Source: Anaeramoeba ignava BMAN (lineage: Eukaryota > Protista > Anaeramoebae). Taken from it: a DNA stretch of 64,000 nucleotides. The translations under genes were made by a program, and so were the position numbers. The notes beneath the pieces were generated by a model. The model did not search any database. It was not told the DNA's origin and was given only the letters and a program-made list of their open reading frames with translations. This document shows positions 47,791-62,614 of the stretch, one piece after another (position 1 is the stretch's first letter; each line of letters begins with the position of its first letter). The stretch spans positions 124,001 through 188,000 of the forward strand of contig JAPDFW010000087.1 in assembly GCA_028826165.1 (NCBI GenBank), in the 5' to 3' direction.

Positions 47791-48030
47791 TGTTTTTCAA
47801 CATTTTCATTTCCATTTTCATTTCCATTTTTTTTTTGTGAAATGAACAAGAAAAGAAAAAAAAAATTTTTTTGAAAAAGAAAAAAAAGTGGAACAAAGAA
47901 AAAAAATTTTTTTGATTTAAAAAAAAAAACTGATTTAACTCAAGATATCATACATTGAGTAAATTCAAAATATTTTTGATTTTGATTTTTGATTTTTGAT
48001 TTTGATTTTGTTTTTGATTTTGATTTTGAT

Positions 48031-50713
48031 TTAATCTAAATTATTTAAATCACCAAGTCCATCAACATTTTCCATAAAAGTAAAACCATCAAAAGCTTTT
48101 TGACTTATTCTTCCCATTACACTTACATCTGGAACTGAATTTTCACCTTTTTCTTTTGTAAATTCTTGATCAAAATTTGAAATATCAGTAACTTCTTTAA
48201 TTTCAGGTTTAAAAGAAGGTTCAATTTCTTTTTTATAAACTTTTTCCCAATCAAAAATAGCAAAATAAGGATGAGATTTAATTGGTAAAGAATCTTCATT
48301 TGAAGAACCGATTCTTTTTTTAGGATTTCTAATTAAAAGCTACAGAAATCAAATTTTAATTTAATTTTGATTTTATTTTGATTTTAATTTAATTTTGATT
48401 TGATTTAATTTTGATTTGATTTTAATTTTAATTTAATTTAATTTCGATTTGATTTTGATTTTGATTTAATTTTAATTTTAATTTTAATTTTAATTTTGAT
48501 TTAATTTAATTTAATTTTGATTTAATTTGATTTAATTTTAATTAATTTTAATTTTGATTTTAATTTAATTTTAGTTTTGATTTAATTTTAATTTGATTTT
48601 GATTTAATATTGATTTAATTTTGATTTTGATTTGATTTGATTTTGATTTAATTTTAATTTTAATTTTAATTTTAATTTGATTTTAATTTTAATTTTAATT
48701 TTGATTTAATTTTAATTTGATTTAATTTTGATTTAATTTTAATTTAATTTTGATTAGATTTAATTTTGATTTTGATTTGATTTGATTTTGATTTAATTTT
48801 AATTTTGATTTGATTTTATTTTGATTTAATTTTAATTTTAATTTTGATTTAATTTTGATTTGATTTTAATTTAATTTTGATTTAATTTAATTTAATTTAA
48901 TTTTGATTTAATTTTGATTTGATTTGATTTGATTTTGATTTAATTTAATTTTAATTTTAATTTTGATTTTAATTTTGAAATAATTTTGATTTAATTTAAT
49001 TTTGATTTAATTTAAATTTTAATTTGATTTTAATTTAATTTTGAAATAATTTTGATTTGATTTAATTTTGATTTAATTTTAATTTTGATTTTGATTTGAT
49101 TTGATTTTGATTTAATTTAATTTTAATTTTAATTTTAATTTGATTTTAATTTTAATTTAATTTTGATTTTAATTTGATTTAATTTTAATTTCATGTTATA
49201 AATAATTTTAATTAATTTTCATGTTATAAATAATTTTAATTTTAATTTCATGTTATAAATAATTTTAATTAATTTTCATGTTATCAAAAAAATTTTTTTT
49301 TTTGGAATTTTGGAAAAATTACTTTCTTGATTAAATCTCGAGCAAGCTCAGGAACATCTGGTGGAAATTTCAAAGGTTGACGGAGAATTTTCTGATACAA
49401 AACATTCATATCTTCTGAATAAAAAGGAGGCAAACCAACCAACATTTCATACATCAAAACACCCAAACTCCACCAATCAACAGATTTTGAATAACCAATT
49501 TCCAAAAGAACTTCTGGAGCCATATATTCTGGAGTGCCACAAATAGTTTTAGTACCATTTTTCTCCTCAGAAATATTAGTTTTCACAAGACCGAAGTCAG
49601 TGATTTTGATATGACCATCATCAGAAAGAAGGATATTTTCAAGTTTCAAGTCGCGATAAACGATGTCAAGTTTGTGGAGATATTCCAAAGCAAGAACAAT
49701 TTCAGCAGCATAAAGACGGACACGTTCATTGGAGAATTTGCCTTCTTTTCTCAAGTGGAAAAAGAGCTCACCGCCATTAGCGTAGTCCAAGATCATGAAA
49801 AGTTTCTCATCTGACTGGAAAGAGTAATGCAAAGAGACAAGAAACGGATGTCTAGCTCTCAAAAAAACGTCTTTTTCAGCAAGTGTTTGTTCGACTTGCT
49901 GAGATATTGCCAGACGACCTTTGTGAAGACTCTTCATGGCATAATAAGTTCCGTTATCTTTTTTTTGAACCAACTGGACTTTTCCATAAGTTCCTCGACC
50001 AAGAACACTTACTATATCGAAATCCTCAAGAGAAACCTTTGGCTGGTTACTGGCACGAATTGTCGAGAGGATTGTCTCGATCCATTTTTGCCGATCGTCT
50101 TCAGACTGTCCGCATATGTAGTACGTTCTTTTCCCGGGAACATCCACTTCGAAACAGTTCGCCTTTTTAACGTTTTCTGCGATTTTTGCTGTCGTCTTCT
50201 CCGAAAGCGGTATCGCTCCCAAAGGCGTTACATCCTGGAATACCGACCCCCAATATAATCACGTCCCACCAATTTTTATATTTTATTGCAACACACTTAT
50301 GTTAGTTTATTTCCGTTTTTTTCACTTATAATTATTTTTTTGCCCCCGTGTTTTTTTTTCTAAGGGTTCTTTTATTATCTTTTCTTTGTCTTCGTTTTAT
50401 TTCTTACCTTCTCTTTTTTGTAATAATACATCATTTTTCCTTGTATTACAAACCATCTTTTTTTCCATGTTTTCCAAACAGCGCCTTTTAAATTTTTCGT
50501 TTTGAATTATGCATTCATTTCCATTTATTGTTTTGATTCATTTTTGTTTTTTGATCCAAATGTTTTGTTTTGAATTGATTTATATTTTTGCATTTTTTTT
50601 TTCTTTATGAAAAATTTTTTTGCTTTTTTTTTTGAAAAATTTTTTTTGTTTTAAAAACCTTTTTTAACTAAAAATCCTTGTTTAATAATTTGTGAATGAT
50701 CGATTGTAGACAT
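48031..50713 (-). CDS. PH-domain AGC kinase (PKB/Akt-like)
   Basis: Exons 50713-50659, 50484-50408, 50234-49323, 48339-48031. PH domain KQGFLVKKGAVWKTWKKRWF; kinase LGRGTYGKV, YRDLKLEN, DFG, TICGTPEYMAPE; hydrophobic motif FDGFTF. Confidence 0.92.
48345..49285. repeat. Intronic (TTTTAA/TTTGA)n microsatellite
   Basis: Low-complexity tract inside the last Akt intron. Confidence 0.8.
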
Positions 50714-50863
50714 TTTTAAGTTTAAAATTTATAAATTTTATAAAATTTATTTTTTTCTTTTCTTATAAAAAAAAAAAGGGAAAAAATGAAAAAAAAAATT
50801 TTAAAAAATAAAATTTAATTTTCATTTTTTTTCTTTTTTTTATTTAATAAATAAAAATAATAA

Positions 50864-51741
50864 ATGCAAACTTCATTTAAAAATCCATCAGGTTCAAAAT
50901 TACCAACTCAAAAACCACAAGAAATATCACAATCACTTCCAATTTACAAGCCACCAATTTGGGGAGAAAAATTATCAACAAAAATATCACTTGATGTAAT
51001 TAAAGAAGGAATTTTAATAGAAAAAATCAATTTAGAAAATTACAGTTGTTTTACATTTGGAAGAGTCGAAGATGCAGATCAAGTATTGCTTCATCCAAGC
51101 GTCTCACGGCGACACGCAGTCATACAAACAAGTAAAACGGGAGAAGTGTTTATTTATGATCTTGACAGCACTCACGGAACTTTTGTTAATACGTCCAGGA
51201 TAAGTCCAAAAATTTTCACAATTTATATCATGATGACTTCGTTGTTTTTGGTCAAAGCTCAAGAAAATTCGTTCTTAATTGTCCAAGCCAGATTTCTCCC
51301 CGAAAAGAATTCGACTCTTTAAATCCTAGAAAACATTCTATTGAATTAAAAGAAAATTCACTTTCGAAAGACTTGGAAGCTCAAAATGACAAAAATATCG
51401 TTAATTCTAATAGCAATCTTAATACTAATACAACAAATAATGATCAAGCTAATGTTGTTGAGGAAGATTATGAAACTATTGCTCGTCGAAAAATTCGTTA
51501 TTTAAAGAAATATTATGATGAACCAAATGAAAATGAAGTTGATGATTTTTTTGATAGAACAAAAAATAATAAAAAAGATCATCAAGACAAGAATTTGAAA
51601 ATTTTGTCAAGAAAAAAATTTGTTGTAAATATTGAATCAAGTGATTCTGATGCAGATGAAGATACTCTTGAGAAATATATGACTAATTTAAGTGGGAAGA
51701 AAGATGATAAAGAAGAAGAAGAAGAAAAAGAAAAGAAATAA
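50864..51741 (+). CDS. FHA-domain protein, kanadaptin (SLC4A1AP)-like (apparent frameshift at ~51215)
   Basis: YKPPIWG..LDVIKEG..FGR..HPSVSRRHAVIQ..YDLDSTHGTFVN; the shifted frame continues FGQSSRKFVL and later DDFFDRT and DTLEKYM. Confidence 0.75.
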
Positions 51742-51805
51742 TTTAAAAATTTAAAGAAAATTTTATTTATTGAAAAATTTAAAAGAAAGAAAGAAAGAAA
51801 GAAAA

Positions 51806-51842
<37 letters not shown>

Positions 51843-52080
51843 AAAAAATTGTGAATATAAAATTATTAAAGAAAGAAAGAAATTTTCTTCTTTTTGAAAA
51901 TTAACTTTTTTAATTTTAATTTTAATTTTAATTTTAATTTTGATTTTAATTTGAATTTTAATTTGAATTTTAATTTTAATTTTGATTTTAATTTTAATTT
52001 TAATTTTAATTTTAATTTTAATTTTAATTTTGATTTTAAATTGAATTTTAATTTTTAAAATGAATTTTATAAATGAATTT

Positions 52081-55000
52081 TTAATAAATCAATAGTAAAT
52101 TATTAATCACGTCAAGTAATTTATTGCAATAAACAAAATCTGAAGAATTTGGATCTAATAATTGAATGCATTTCAAAAAAAGTCTTTTAGTTTCTTGAAT
52201 AGGAGCTAAAGAATCACGATCATTTTCTTTATTTGATAAAGAGTCATTAATAACATTAATCATATCAGTAGAAATTGAAGTAAGAAGTTGAAGATTTTTT
52301 CCTTCACTAAGACTATGAATAATAGAAACAAGTCTTTTTTGTCCAAGAATAACAAGTTTACTTCCAAGTAAGTTTTTATTTTGAACATATTCAATTTCTG
52401 ATTCTGCTTCTTCATCTTTTGTTTGTGTGTATAATCCTAATATATATTCAATTATAACTTCATCTTTGTTATAAAAAAGTTGTTCTGCAATTGTTAATGC
52501 TTTGTTTCTATCGTATTTGAAAAGGGTTTGAAGAAAGAACATCATTTCTGAATTTTGAGTTTTTGATAAAATTTCATTTGAATTTTCATTTAAATTTTCA
52601 TTTAAATTTTCATTTAAATTTTCATTTGAATTTTCATTTGAATTTTCATTTAAAATTTCATTTAAATTTTCATTTAAATTTTCTTTTAATTTTTCTTTTA
52701 ATTTTCATTTAATTTTTCTTTTAAATCAAAACTAAATCTTGTTTCATTCAAAATTTCTCCCCAAAATTGAAGCATATATCGGAAATTAACTGATATTTGA
52801 TATTTCCAACTTAAAGAAATAATTTCCACAAATAATTTTATAATTTTTAAATATTCTTTAAAATTAATTGTTATATTTTTTAATTCTATTTTTTTAAATT
52901 TTTGTAATTTAATAAATGATTCTTTAAAATCAAGAAATTGGATTTTTTTATCATCTAAACTATCATCTATTTTTTCTACATTTGAAAACTTTTCCATAAT
53001 ATTTAATAAATTAAGTGTTGCTTGGAAAAAGTATGAAAGAACATTGCTGTTGAATTTTAAATGTTTTTGATAATATTGACTTGATGGAATTTTACGAAAC
53101 TTGAAAAATAAATTTTTGATTTTAAATATAATTTCACTGAAAAATGTACTCCATATTAAATAACAAACTCCACCTTGAACTTGATATTCTTTAATTAATT
53201 CTAAATATTTCAAACCTTCTATAAGTAATTGATAATTATTGCGATGTGAATTCCAAAAAGATAATAAGATCCATGATTTTGTATAATATATTTGATAATT
53301 TTTAGAATATTCTGGAAATTTATTTCTTAATTTTTTTGCATTTTCCATCAGAATTTCTTCAATTTTATTTTCATTTTGATTTTGATTTTCATTTTGATTT
53401 TCATTTTCATTTTCATTTTGATTTTGATTTTGAATTTGAATTTGATTTTCATTTTCATTTTCATTTTCATTTTCATTTTCATTTTCATTTTCATTTTCAT
53501 TTTCATTTTCATTTTTATTTTCATTTAAATTTTCATTTTCATTTAAATTTTCATTTAAATTTTCTTTTATCTTCCTTGAAATTCTTCGAAGTTCAGTTAC
53601 TTTTTGTCGTTCAGGAAATTGAGCTGATAATTCTAACATTGAAATTAATCTTGTAATGTTACAATCTTGATCTTGTCTGATTCTTTGAACAGAAATATCT
53701 TCATCAACTACAGATGATTGTTTTTGAATAAATAATACAATTTTTGTTTCTTCTTCTAAATTTTCCCATTTTTTCAAATTGTCTTTATTTATCTCATTAT
53801 TTCCATTTTTTCCAAGATATTTAAGTAAATTCAAACAGAAGTAAATTAATAACAATGAATGTTGATTTTTGGAATTTTTGATGCAAATTGAATAGATTTG
53901 ATCAATTTTAGATTGGAATGTATTGCTTTTAATATTTTGTGAATTATGATGTTTTGTAATAAAATTCAAAAGCCATTTCTCAATAGATGTCATTGAATTA
54001 TCTATAATTTCAAGTCTCAATAATTTTTGAATATCACATGAATAAAACCAAGTTTGGAATAGATCAATTTCATCTTCTTCATTCAAAGAAATAAGATTGA
54101 AGGAATTAATAAGAATTTCGCAATGAGTTTCAATATAAAATAAATTCTCAAATAAAAATTGAGATAATTTAATTAAATTTGAGGTATTTTGAGGAATTAA
54201 TTTTGTTGGAGAAACATCAAATTGGAAAGATCTAATAAAGGAAACAACAGGAAAATTAATAGAAAGCTGATTGTTATTATTATTATTATTTTCATCAATT
54301 TGATTTTGATTTTCATCATCATCTTCATCTTCATCTTCATCATCACTTTCAATTTGTTTTTGTTTTTGTTTTTGTTTTTCACTTTCTAATTTTTTGGGAA
54401 TAAAATCATCAAAAAATCCTTTTTCTTTTTGATTTTTAAACCAATCTGTTTTTATCAAACAATTAGAATCATTATTATCATTATCATTATTATCATTATC
54501 TAAATTTGTTAATGTGGTTTGTGATTTGTTTGATGCTTCAATCAAATAACATGCTTTAACAATATTTTCTCTCATCAAAAGAAAATCTTTTGGTGAAACT
54601 TTTTTAATTGTTTCTTTCTCTTGAAAAGTATTTAAATTAACAGAAGATAGAGTTTGTGATTGATCATCTTGTTTGGTTTCATTTTGTTCAGGATTTGAAA
54701 GTGTTTGATTAACTGTATTAATAGCTTTGAGAAGAAATTGAGTTTGGCAATTAACACCCAAAAATTGCTCTAAATATTCCAAAGCACGAACTGCCCATTC
54801 TGGAGAGTGGAACCCTTTCAATAATGATATAATCTCTTCTCTTAATGTTTCTGGTTCTTGTTTTTCATCTTTTTTGTTCGTATTTTCTTTGATACTATTA
54901 CTTCTTTTGTGATTACTTTGGTTTTCATTATTTTCGTTATTTTTAATGCTTATTTTTGGAGTTTCTTGTGAATTTTTTGTTTCTTGTTTTTTGTGATCTG

Positions 55001-57028
55001 AATATTGTAAACGATCTATAATGTTTTCATCAATCATTTTTTGTATTCTGTTTTCGTTGTTTGAGTTTTCATTGTTTAAATTTTGATTGTTTAAATTTTG
55101 ATTTGAATTTTGATTTGAATTTTGATTTGAATTTTGATCTTCATTTTCGTTTTGAATTTCAATTGCATTTAAATTTTCATTTGAACTTTTTGGAGAATAA
55201 CGTTTTTTAGGAGTCATTTCTTGCACAAAATTCTTAATTGAATTAGTGAAATTACTATTTGATTTTTGGGGTTGAGATTGATGGACTGACGATTTCAAAG
55301 TTTCAATTAAATGACCAAACAAAAGCGAATCTCTATGATTTCTCAGAGAATCACTCATCAAAGTGCGTTGAGTAATAGAAGAGAGTTGAACTAATTCTGT
55401 GGGGATTTTGATTTCGTAAATGAATCCTTTGGATGTGATAAGAAAAGATCTAGCAGGAGAATGTTGTTCAGTAGAACCGAGAAGACCAGTTGTTGTTAGC
55501 AGTCTGCATCCAGAAGGGACTGATAACGAACCATGCTTTCCATCATGTCTCATTCCCCATAACTCAAGTAATTTTCTTCGGGGAGCATAGATAACCAGAA
55601 ACAACGAATACATCTTCTGTGCTGTTGTAGGTTTGTGTTTTTTCTCAGAAAGTTCGCTTTGCTGTGGGGTTGATGGAAATGGAGTTTCGAGCCAACCACA
55701 CTGAGCATCGCGATATCCTTTAAACATTCTTACAATAACGAAATTAAACATGTCAAATATCAATACTCTTCCCAGATTGTCTGTGATTGCTGCTAATCTT
55801 CCTGATGGTTCTGATGTAATTGATGTGAAAATGCGGTGCTTGTCAGTCATTTTCCATTTCATTGGAAGTTCTATTGATTTCTCAAATTTTTCTTCAGGTT
55901 TTTTAGTCTCATTTGCTTTTGTGTTGCTGCTTTTAAGAAAATTCTTTGCAAATGAAATGAAACTTGAGATTGTTTTTGACGCAACATTGGAAGCAAAACT
56001 AACAACTGTACGCAGAGCATTTGTTTCTTCTGTGATTGGAAAAGAGGCGATCATTGGATGTTTTCCAACAGAAATGAATCTCGAGCCGTCACGAAGTTGG
56101 TTGAATATTGAGTATTGGAAATTTTCAGTGATTTTCGATGAAATGACATCAAACGTTTTTTTCTGTCCAATTAGTTTCCATTTGCGATAACTTAATGACA
56201 TTTTTTGTGTGTTTTGTGCTGATTTATCTGGTTCTGTATTCCAAAATGTTAAAAATGTGAATAAAGAAAACCCATCAACAGCAACTACAACATCTGTATG
56301 AATTATTATCAATTCTTCTGTTTCATTTGTTGTTTTTGAATATGTATTAGAATTTGAACGAAGCTTAAATCTGATTATTGGCGAATTATGAAGTTTATGT
56401 TCAAGAATCGTTTTTCCTTCCTTTTTTTTTTTGTTTATTATTTAGTTAAATAATTTATTTTTTATTTTTTATTTTTAAATAAATTTTCCCAAATAAATCA
56501 TACACTTGAAAATATTTTAAATTCGCCAGAAGAATAACCAACAACTAAAACAGAAAAACTTTGTGAATCGGATTGAGATTTAGGAAGAGCAACAGTGATC
56601 CACAATAAAGTATTAATAACATCAAGAGATTTATCATTTTTTGCGGAAACAAGAAAAAGATACTTATTCAAACGAGTTTGTCTCATTTTTGAAGTTAAAC
56701 TGACTTGTTTTTTTTTTGATCCTTCTAAATCAATTATAATAAAAGAAGACCTAAAACTGATTGCAAGATATTTCCCATTTCGCTCAATAGCAACATTGCA
56801 TTTTTCCAACGGAAACTCTCTTTCATGATTATCTTCATCATCTGTATGTGCACTTTCATCTACATCTGAAAAACGCCAATCGCCCCAACTATCATTATTT
56901 TGAAATAATTTTTCTATTTCTTTTTTTTCTTCTTTTCTTTCATCTTTTTTTTCTTCATTTGAAAAGAGAAAACTTAATGTTTGTTCATAATTTAATTGAT
57001 AAAATAAACAAGATTCGATTGTAGTCAT
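52081..57028 (-). CDS. RAB3GAP2: Rab3 GTPase-activating protein non-catalytic subunit (apparent frameshift at ~52700)
   Basis: Exons 57028-56504 and 56420-52081. Motifs VLVVGYSSG, LAAITDNLGRVLIFD..IVRMFKGYRDAQCGW, LVIYAPRRKLLELW, and C-terminal GQKRL. Confidence 0.85.
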
Positions 57029-57290
57029 TTTTTATTTAAAAAAATTTGAAAAAAAAAATGAAAAAAAATGAAATTTAAAAAAATGAAAATGAAAAAAAAA
57101 ATGAAAAAAAAAATGAAAAAAAATGAAATTGAAATTTAAAAAAATGAAATTGAAATTTAAAAAAATGAAATTGAAATTCTTTCTTTTTAATTACTTTTAA
57201 AAATTTCTTTCATCAAAAAAAAAAAAGATTCAAAAAATTGGAATTGAAAAAAAAAAAGTCGAAAATTTATTCTTCTTTTTTTTTTTTTAA

Positions 57291-60200
57291 TTAATTTGTT
57301 TGTTCTTTTGTTAATTCTTCAAATGAAAATGGTTGAAATTTAATTCCTTCTCCTTTATAAAATTTGTTTTGAAATTCAACCCAATGTAATCTTAATGCAT
57401 GTAAAAGTGCTGAAAAAGTTTCCATTATCATTAAAACTGAAATAGTAATAAAAACCCAAATTGCAAATCCAATAAAAACCATCCAAGAATAAGTTGTTAA
57501 TGGGAAAAGAACCAATTTTTGCCAAAAGACTTTACTTAATTCTAAATTTTATTTGAATAAATTTTTTTGAATAAATTTTTGAATAAATTTTATTTTAAAT
57601 AAATTTTTATTTGAATAAATTTTATTTGAATAAATTTTTTTGAATAAATTTTATAATAAATTTTTTATTAAATTTTTATTTGAATAAATTTTTTTGAATA
57701 AATTTTTTTGAATAAATTTTTATTTAAATTTTTTATTTAAATTACGTGAATGTGCAAGTGAAAGAGCCCACAAACGTAAATAAGAAGCTGTGTTAGAAAT
57801 GGAACCAAGAACAAATTCAATAGTAGTAATTGCTTGTTCAACAAAAACTTCACTCATTTGAAACTGTTCTTCATGACTTGTTTCATCTTTTTTTTCATCT
57901 TTTTGATTTGCAATAGGAAATTCATTAACTTTTTGATTATCTATATTAATATCCAATTCAAGATCTGAGTTTGAATCATGATGTTTTAGTTGATATTTAG
58001 ATTCATCAAACAAATCATTTGGTTCAGCTTGATTTTCAATTAAACTTCGGTTTTCATGTTGAAGTTTTTTTTCTTTTAACATTTTTTTTTTCGCTTTATT
58101 TTTTAATATAAAAGGTTTTGGGCACAACATCCAAGGAATAGCAATCACAACAAGAAACAAAAGTATTAATTGAATGATTCCTTGATTCGGATATATTTTC
58201 ATGTCATGTTCAACAGATCCTGGTGAGATTACAAATCTAATTAATGTGTTAATTAATAAAACTCCATGTCTTTGTGTTTGAATTGATCGGTTGCTCCAAC
58301 GAATATTCCATTTTAAAATTACAAGGAAAACCATGTATCCAAAAAAGGAAAAGAAAAATATTATTTGTGGAAGAAATCCACACCAAACATCTACATAACG
58401 TTTGAAATGAACTGCATTAAGAAGATTTAATACAATACCAAGTGTCATCTTTTTAATAATTTTTTTTAATAATTTTTTTTAATAATTTTTTTTTAATAAT
58501 TTTTTTTTAATAATTTTTTTTAATAATTTTTTTAATAATTTTTTAAATATTTACATGACTAACACCAATAATAACTGATAATTTCATTTTCAAAGAATTA
58601 ACATATAAAAGTTCATTCTTTCGATTTTGCCAAACTATAATTTAAACAGAAATATTTCAATATATAAAAATAAAAATAAAAATAAAAATTAAAATTAAAA
58701 ATTAAATAATACCTGGATCAACTCCAAAAGGATATGCACAATTATGACTAACTAAATGATAATTTGAATCATTTTTATCTGGACTCCAACAACTTCCAAA
58801 AAAATCAATTGGAAGTGAAAATGTTTCATTATATAATAAACCAGTATACATACTAAATAATCCCATAAGTAATAAAATATATCTTCCATTATATAAAACC
58901 TCTACAAGCTAAAATGAAATCAAATTAAATAAATCAAATTAAATTAAATCAAATGAAATCAAATTAAATAAATTTAAATCAAATTAAATAAATTTATTTC
59001 AGTTTACTTCTCCTAATTTTTGTTTTCCAAATTTTTTCTCTTTCAAAATAAAAATCATTGCTGTTAAAAATAATAAAGATCCATGTCCCAAATCACCAAA
59101 CATAACTGCAAATAAAAATGGGAAAGTAATAATTGAAAAAGGAGTTGGACTAATTTCACCATAATTTGCTGTTCCATATGATTCAACAAGTCCATGAAAT
59201 CCAGTAGTAAATTTATTTGTCTCAAAAAAAGTAGGTTTTTCTTTTTTTTCATCATTAATAATTTCTAAAACAGTTGGAACAATAACACCAGAATCTTCCT
59301 AATTGAATTTTAATTTATGAATTTTATAATTTATAATTTATAAATTTATAAATTTTTACACTAGCTTTCTTAAGTTCAATTTTAACTTGATTAATTTTAT
59401 TTGATGGACTCCAAGCTTCTGCAATTAAACATTGTTTTGTTGTATCAAAATTTAACATATTAATAATATGATTAATTGCTTTTTCTTGTTTGACTTTATT
59501 TTTCCAATGTGATAATCTTTTCTCAGTTTCCATAAGTAATTCTAATTGTCTTCGTTTTGATTTATTAAGAACTAATCGAGTTTCGCTATATTTTTATTTC
59601 AAATTTTAATTATTATTTTTGTTTCAAATTTTAATTATTATTTTTATTTCAAATTTAAATTATTATTTTTGTTTCAAATTTAAATTATTATTTTTATTTC
59701 AAATTTAAATTATTTTTATTTCAAATTTTAATTATTATTTTTATTTCAAATTTAAATTATTATATTTATTTCAAATTTAAATTATTTTTATTTCAAATTT
59801 AAATTATTTTTATTTCAAATTTTAATTATTTTTATTTCAAATTCAAATTATTATATTTATTTCAAATTTAAATTATTTTATTTATTTCAAATTTAAATTA
59901 TTTTTATTTCAAATTTAAATTATTATTTTTATTTCAAATTTTAATTATTATTTTTATTTCAAATTTTAATTATTATTTTTGTTTCAAATTTATATTATTA
60001 TTTTTATTTCAAATTTTAATTATTATTTTATTTCAAATTTAAATTATTTTTATTTCAAATTTAAATTATTATTTCAAATTTAAATTATTTTTATTTCAAA
60101 TTCAAATTATTATATTTATTTCAAATTTAAATTATTTTTATTTCAAATTTAAATTATTAATTTTATTTCAAATTTTAATTTATATTATTAATTTTTATTT

Positions 60201-61911
60201 CAAATTTAAATTATTATTTTTATTTCAAATTTAAATTATTTTTATTTCAAATTTAAATTATTATTTTTATTTCAAATTTAAATTATTTTTATTTCAAATT
60301 TAAATTATTATTTTTATTTCAAATTCAAATTATTATATTTATTTCAAATTTATATTATTATTTTTATTTCAAATTTTAATTATTAATTTTATTTCAAATT
60401 TAAATTATTATTTTTATTTCAAATTTTAATTATTATTTTTATTTCAAATTTAAATTATTTTTTTTCAAATTTAAATTATTATTTTTATTTCAAATTTTAA
60501 TTATTTTTATTTCTTACCGAATTTGTTCTTGTGTTTTCTCAAATAAAGTATATCTTTCTCTTGGTGATTCAGAAATTTCAAAAAGTTTTGCTCCAAAAGT
60601 TTGACAATATTTTGTCAATTTTTCTCCAATAACATCTCCTTCAAATAAAACCATAAATGCAGTTTTTGGTGTTTTTTTTTTCTAAATTTTCAATTTAAAA
60701 TTTGATTTGTTTTTTTTTTTAATTGGAAATTATTTTTTAAAAAATTTTATAAATTTAAATTTAATTTCAAACAAGTTTTAAATCCATAATTGGTTCATCT
60801 ATTTCTTCTTGTTTAAATAGTAAATTTCCTCTTGAAACTCTCCATAAAATTCTTTCTAATGTAAAAACTTCAGTTGAATTAATAATTCCTACAATATGTC
60901 TTTTGAATAAATATAAAAATGAATTTTAATTTTAATTTTAATTTTAATTTTAATTTTAATTTTAATTTTAATTTTAATTTTAATTTTAATTTTAATTTTA
61001 ATTTTAATTTTAATTTTAATTTTAATTATTATTTTAATTTTAATTTTGATTTTAATTTTAATTTTAATTTTATTATTTTAATTTTGATTTTAATTTTAAT
61101 TATTATTTATTACCCTAAATCACCAAATATTCTTGCATGATGTTGATTATCTAAAAGAGTATCTTTTTCATGATCATTATGATGAAAATCTTCTTCAAAA
61201 TCCTTTATATTAAAAATATTTCAATTATTTAAATTATTTAAAATTGATCCATTTAAATTTGATCGATAAAATTATTTAAATTTGATTCATACTCCTTGTG
61301 CAAAAAAAATATCACTTTTTGTAATTGTATGTTTAAGTTCAACTAAATCAATAAATTGTGAATAAATTTCATTTAATCCAACTATCATATTTTTTAAATC
61401 CTCATGATATCTTTCAATTTCAGACTAAATATTATTTAAATCAAAAAAGAAAAAAAAAGAAAAAAAAAGATTGTTATTTGAACAATTGATTTAAAAAGAA
61501 AAAAGCTGTCATTTCTTTATTTACATCTAAATTTTCCATTTCCATTTTATTAATTGATTCAATCTCATCTGAAGAAATAATTTCTTTGGCAAATGGTTCT
61601 TCTTCCTCAACAATTTGTTTTTCAATAAATGCTAATTTTCTTTCAATTTCAGTGCATTGTTTAATTTCTTGAACTTTTGGTCTTTGAAAAGAATTAATAT
61701 GTGAATTTAACTATTTTTAAAATTAATATTCATTTATAAAATTAAAATTAATATTCATTTATAAAATTAAAATTCATTTATAATATTAAAATACATCAAC
61801 AAATTGAATTAAACCAGCTTCTCCTAAAATTTTAATTGTTGGATATGCTGCTTCTGGTTGAAGATATAAACGAACTAATTTCATTTCTTTTGATCTTAAT
61901 AAAGAACCCAT
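57291..61911 (-). CDS. ATP6V0A: V-type proton ATPase V0 subunit a (Vph1/ATP6V0A), multi-exon
   Basis: Starts [18 protein letters not shown] at 61911. Motifs [73 protein letters not shown] (essential Arg), [16 protein letters not shown]. Confidence 0.95.
59590..60510. repeat. Intronic ~22-25-bp minisatellite (TTATTTTTATTTCAAATTTAAA)
   Basis: Tandem units inside a V-ATPase intron. Confidence 0.85.
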
Positions 61912-62153
61912 TTTTATTTATTTATTTATTCTTGTTTTTGTTTTTGTTTTTTTTTGTTAATTTAAAATTAAAAAAATGAAAATTAAAAAAATGAAAATTA
62001 AAAAAATGAAAAAAAAATTTTTAATTAATTTTTTTTCTCCTTTTTCTTTTTCTTTCTTTTTCTTTCTTTTTCTCCTTTTTTTAATTTTAATTTTATTTTT
62101 ATTTTTAATTTTTTAATCATTTTTTCTTTTATTTCAAAATAATTAAATAATAA

Positions 62154-62571
62154 ATGACTGATTCTAAAAATGTTTTATTTGGTTTTTTAATGTTTTTTTT
62201 TATTTTTCTATTCGTTATTGCAATTTGGAAATTAACTTTACTTTTTTTAAGAACTCCTCAACTTTATCATCAAAAAGTAAAAACAAAATTCAAATAAAGA
62301 AAAGAAAATAAAATTCAAATAAAGAAAACAAAACAAAATTCAAATAAAAGAAAAAATTTTTTACTTAATTTTTGCTTTTTTTTATCTTTTTTCTCAATTA
62401 GATTTTCTTCTTCTTAATTAGTATTGGATCTTGTGGAAGAATTGTTTGTTTTTTCTTTCAAACATTCTTTTGGGATTTTTATTCAGATAATTCCAAGAAT
62501 ACTTTTAATCCTTTAATGGCTTTTTTTTCAGATTTTTTTTTATCTGCATTTTTTACTTTAATTTTTACATT
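62154..62571 (+). CDS. 3'-partial multi-pass membrane protein, THH1/TOM1/TOM3 (GPR137-like) family
   Basis: Not in the ORF track. Exons 62154-62276 and 62402-62571 translate MTDSKNVLFGFLMFFFIFLFVIAIWKL..QKIFFFLISIGSCGRIVCF..FFSDFFLSAFFTLIF, then a GT donor at 62572. Confidence 0.6.
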
Positions 62572-62614
62572 GTACCTTTTTTTATCATTTAAAATTTTAA
62601 GAAGAATTAGAAAA

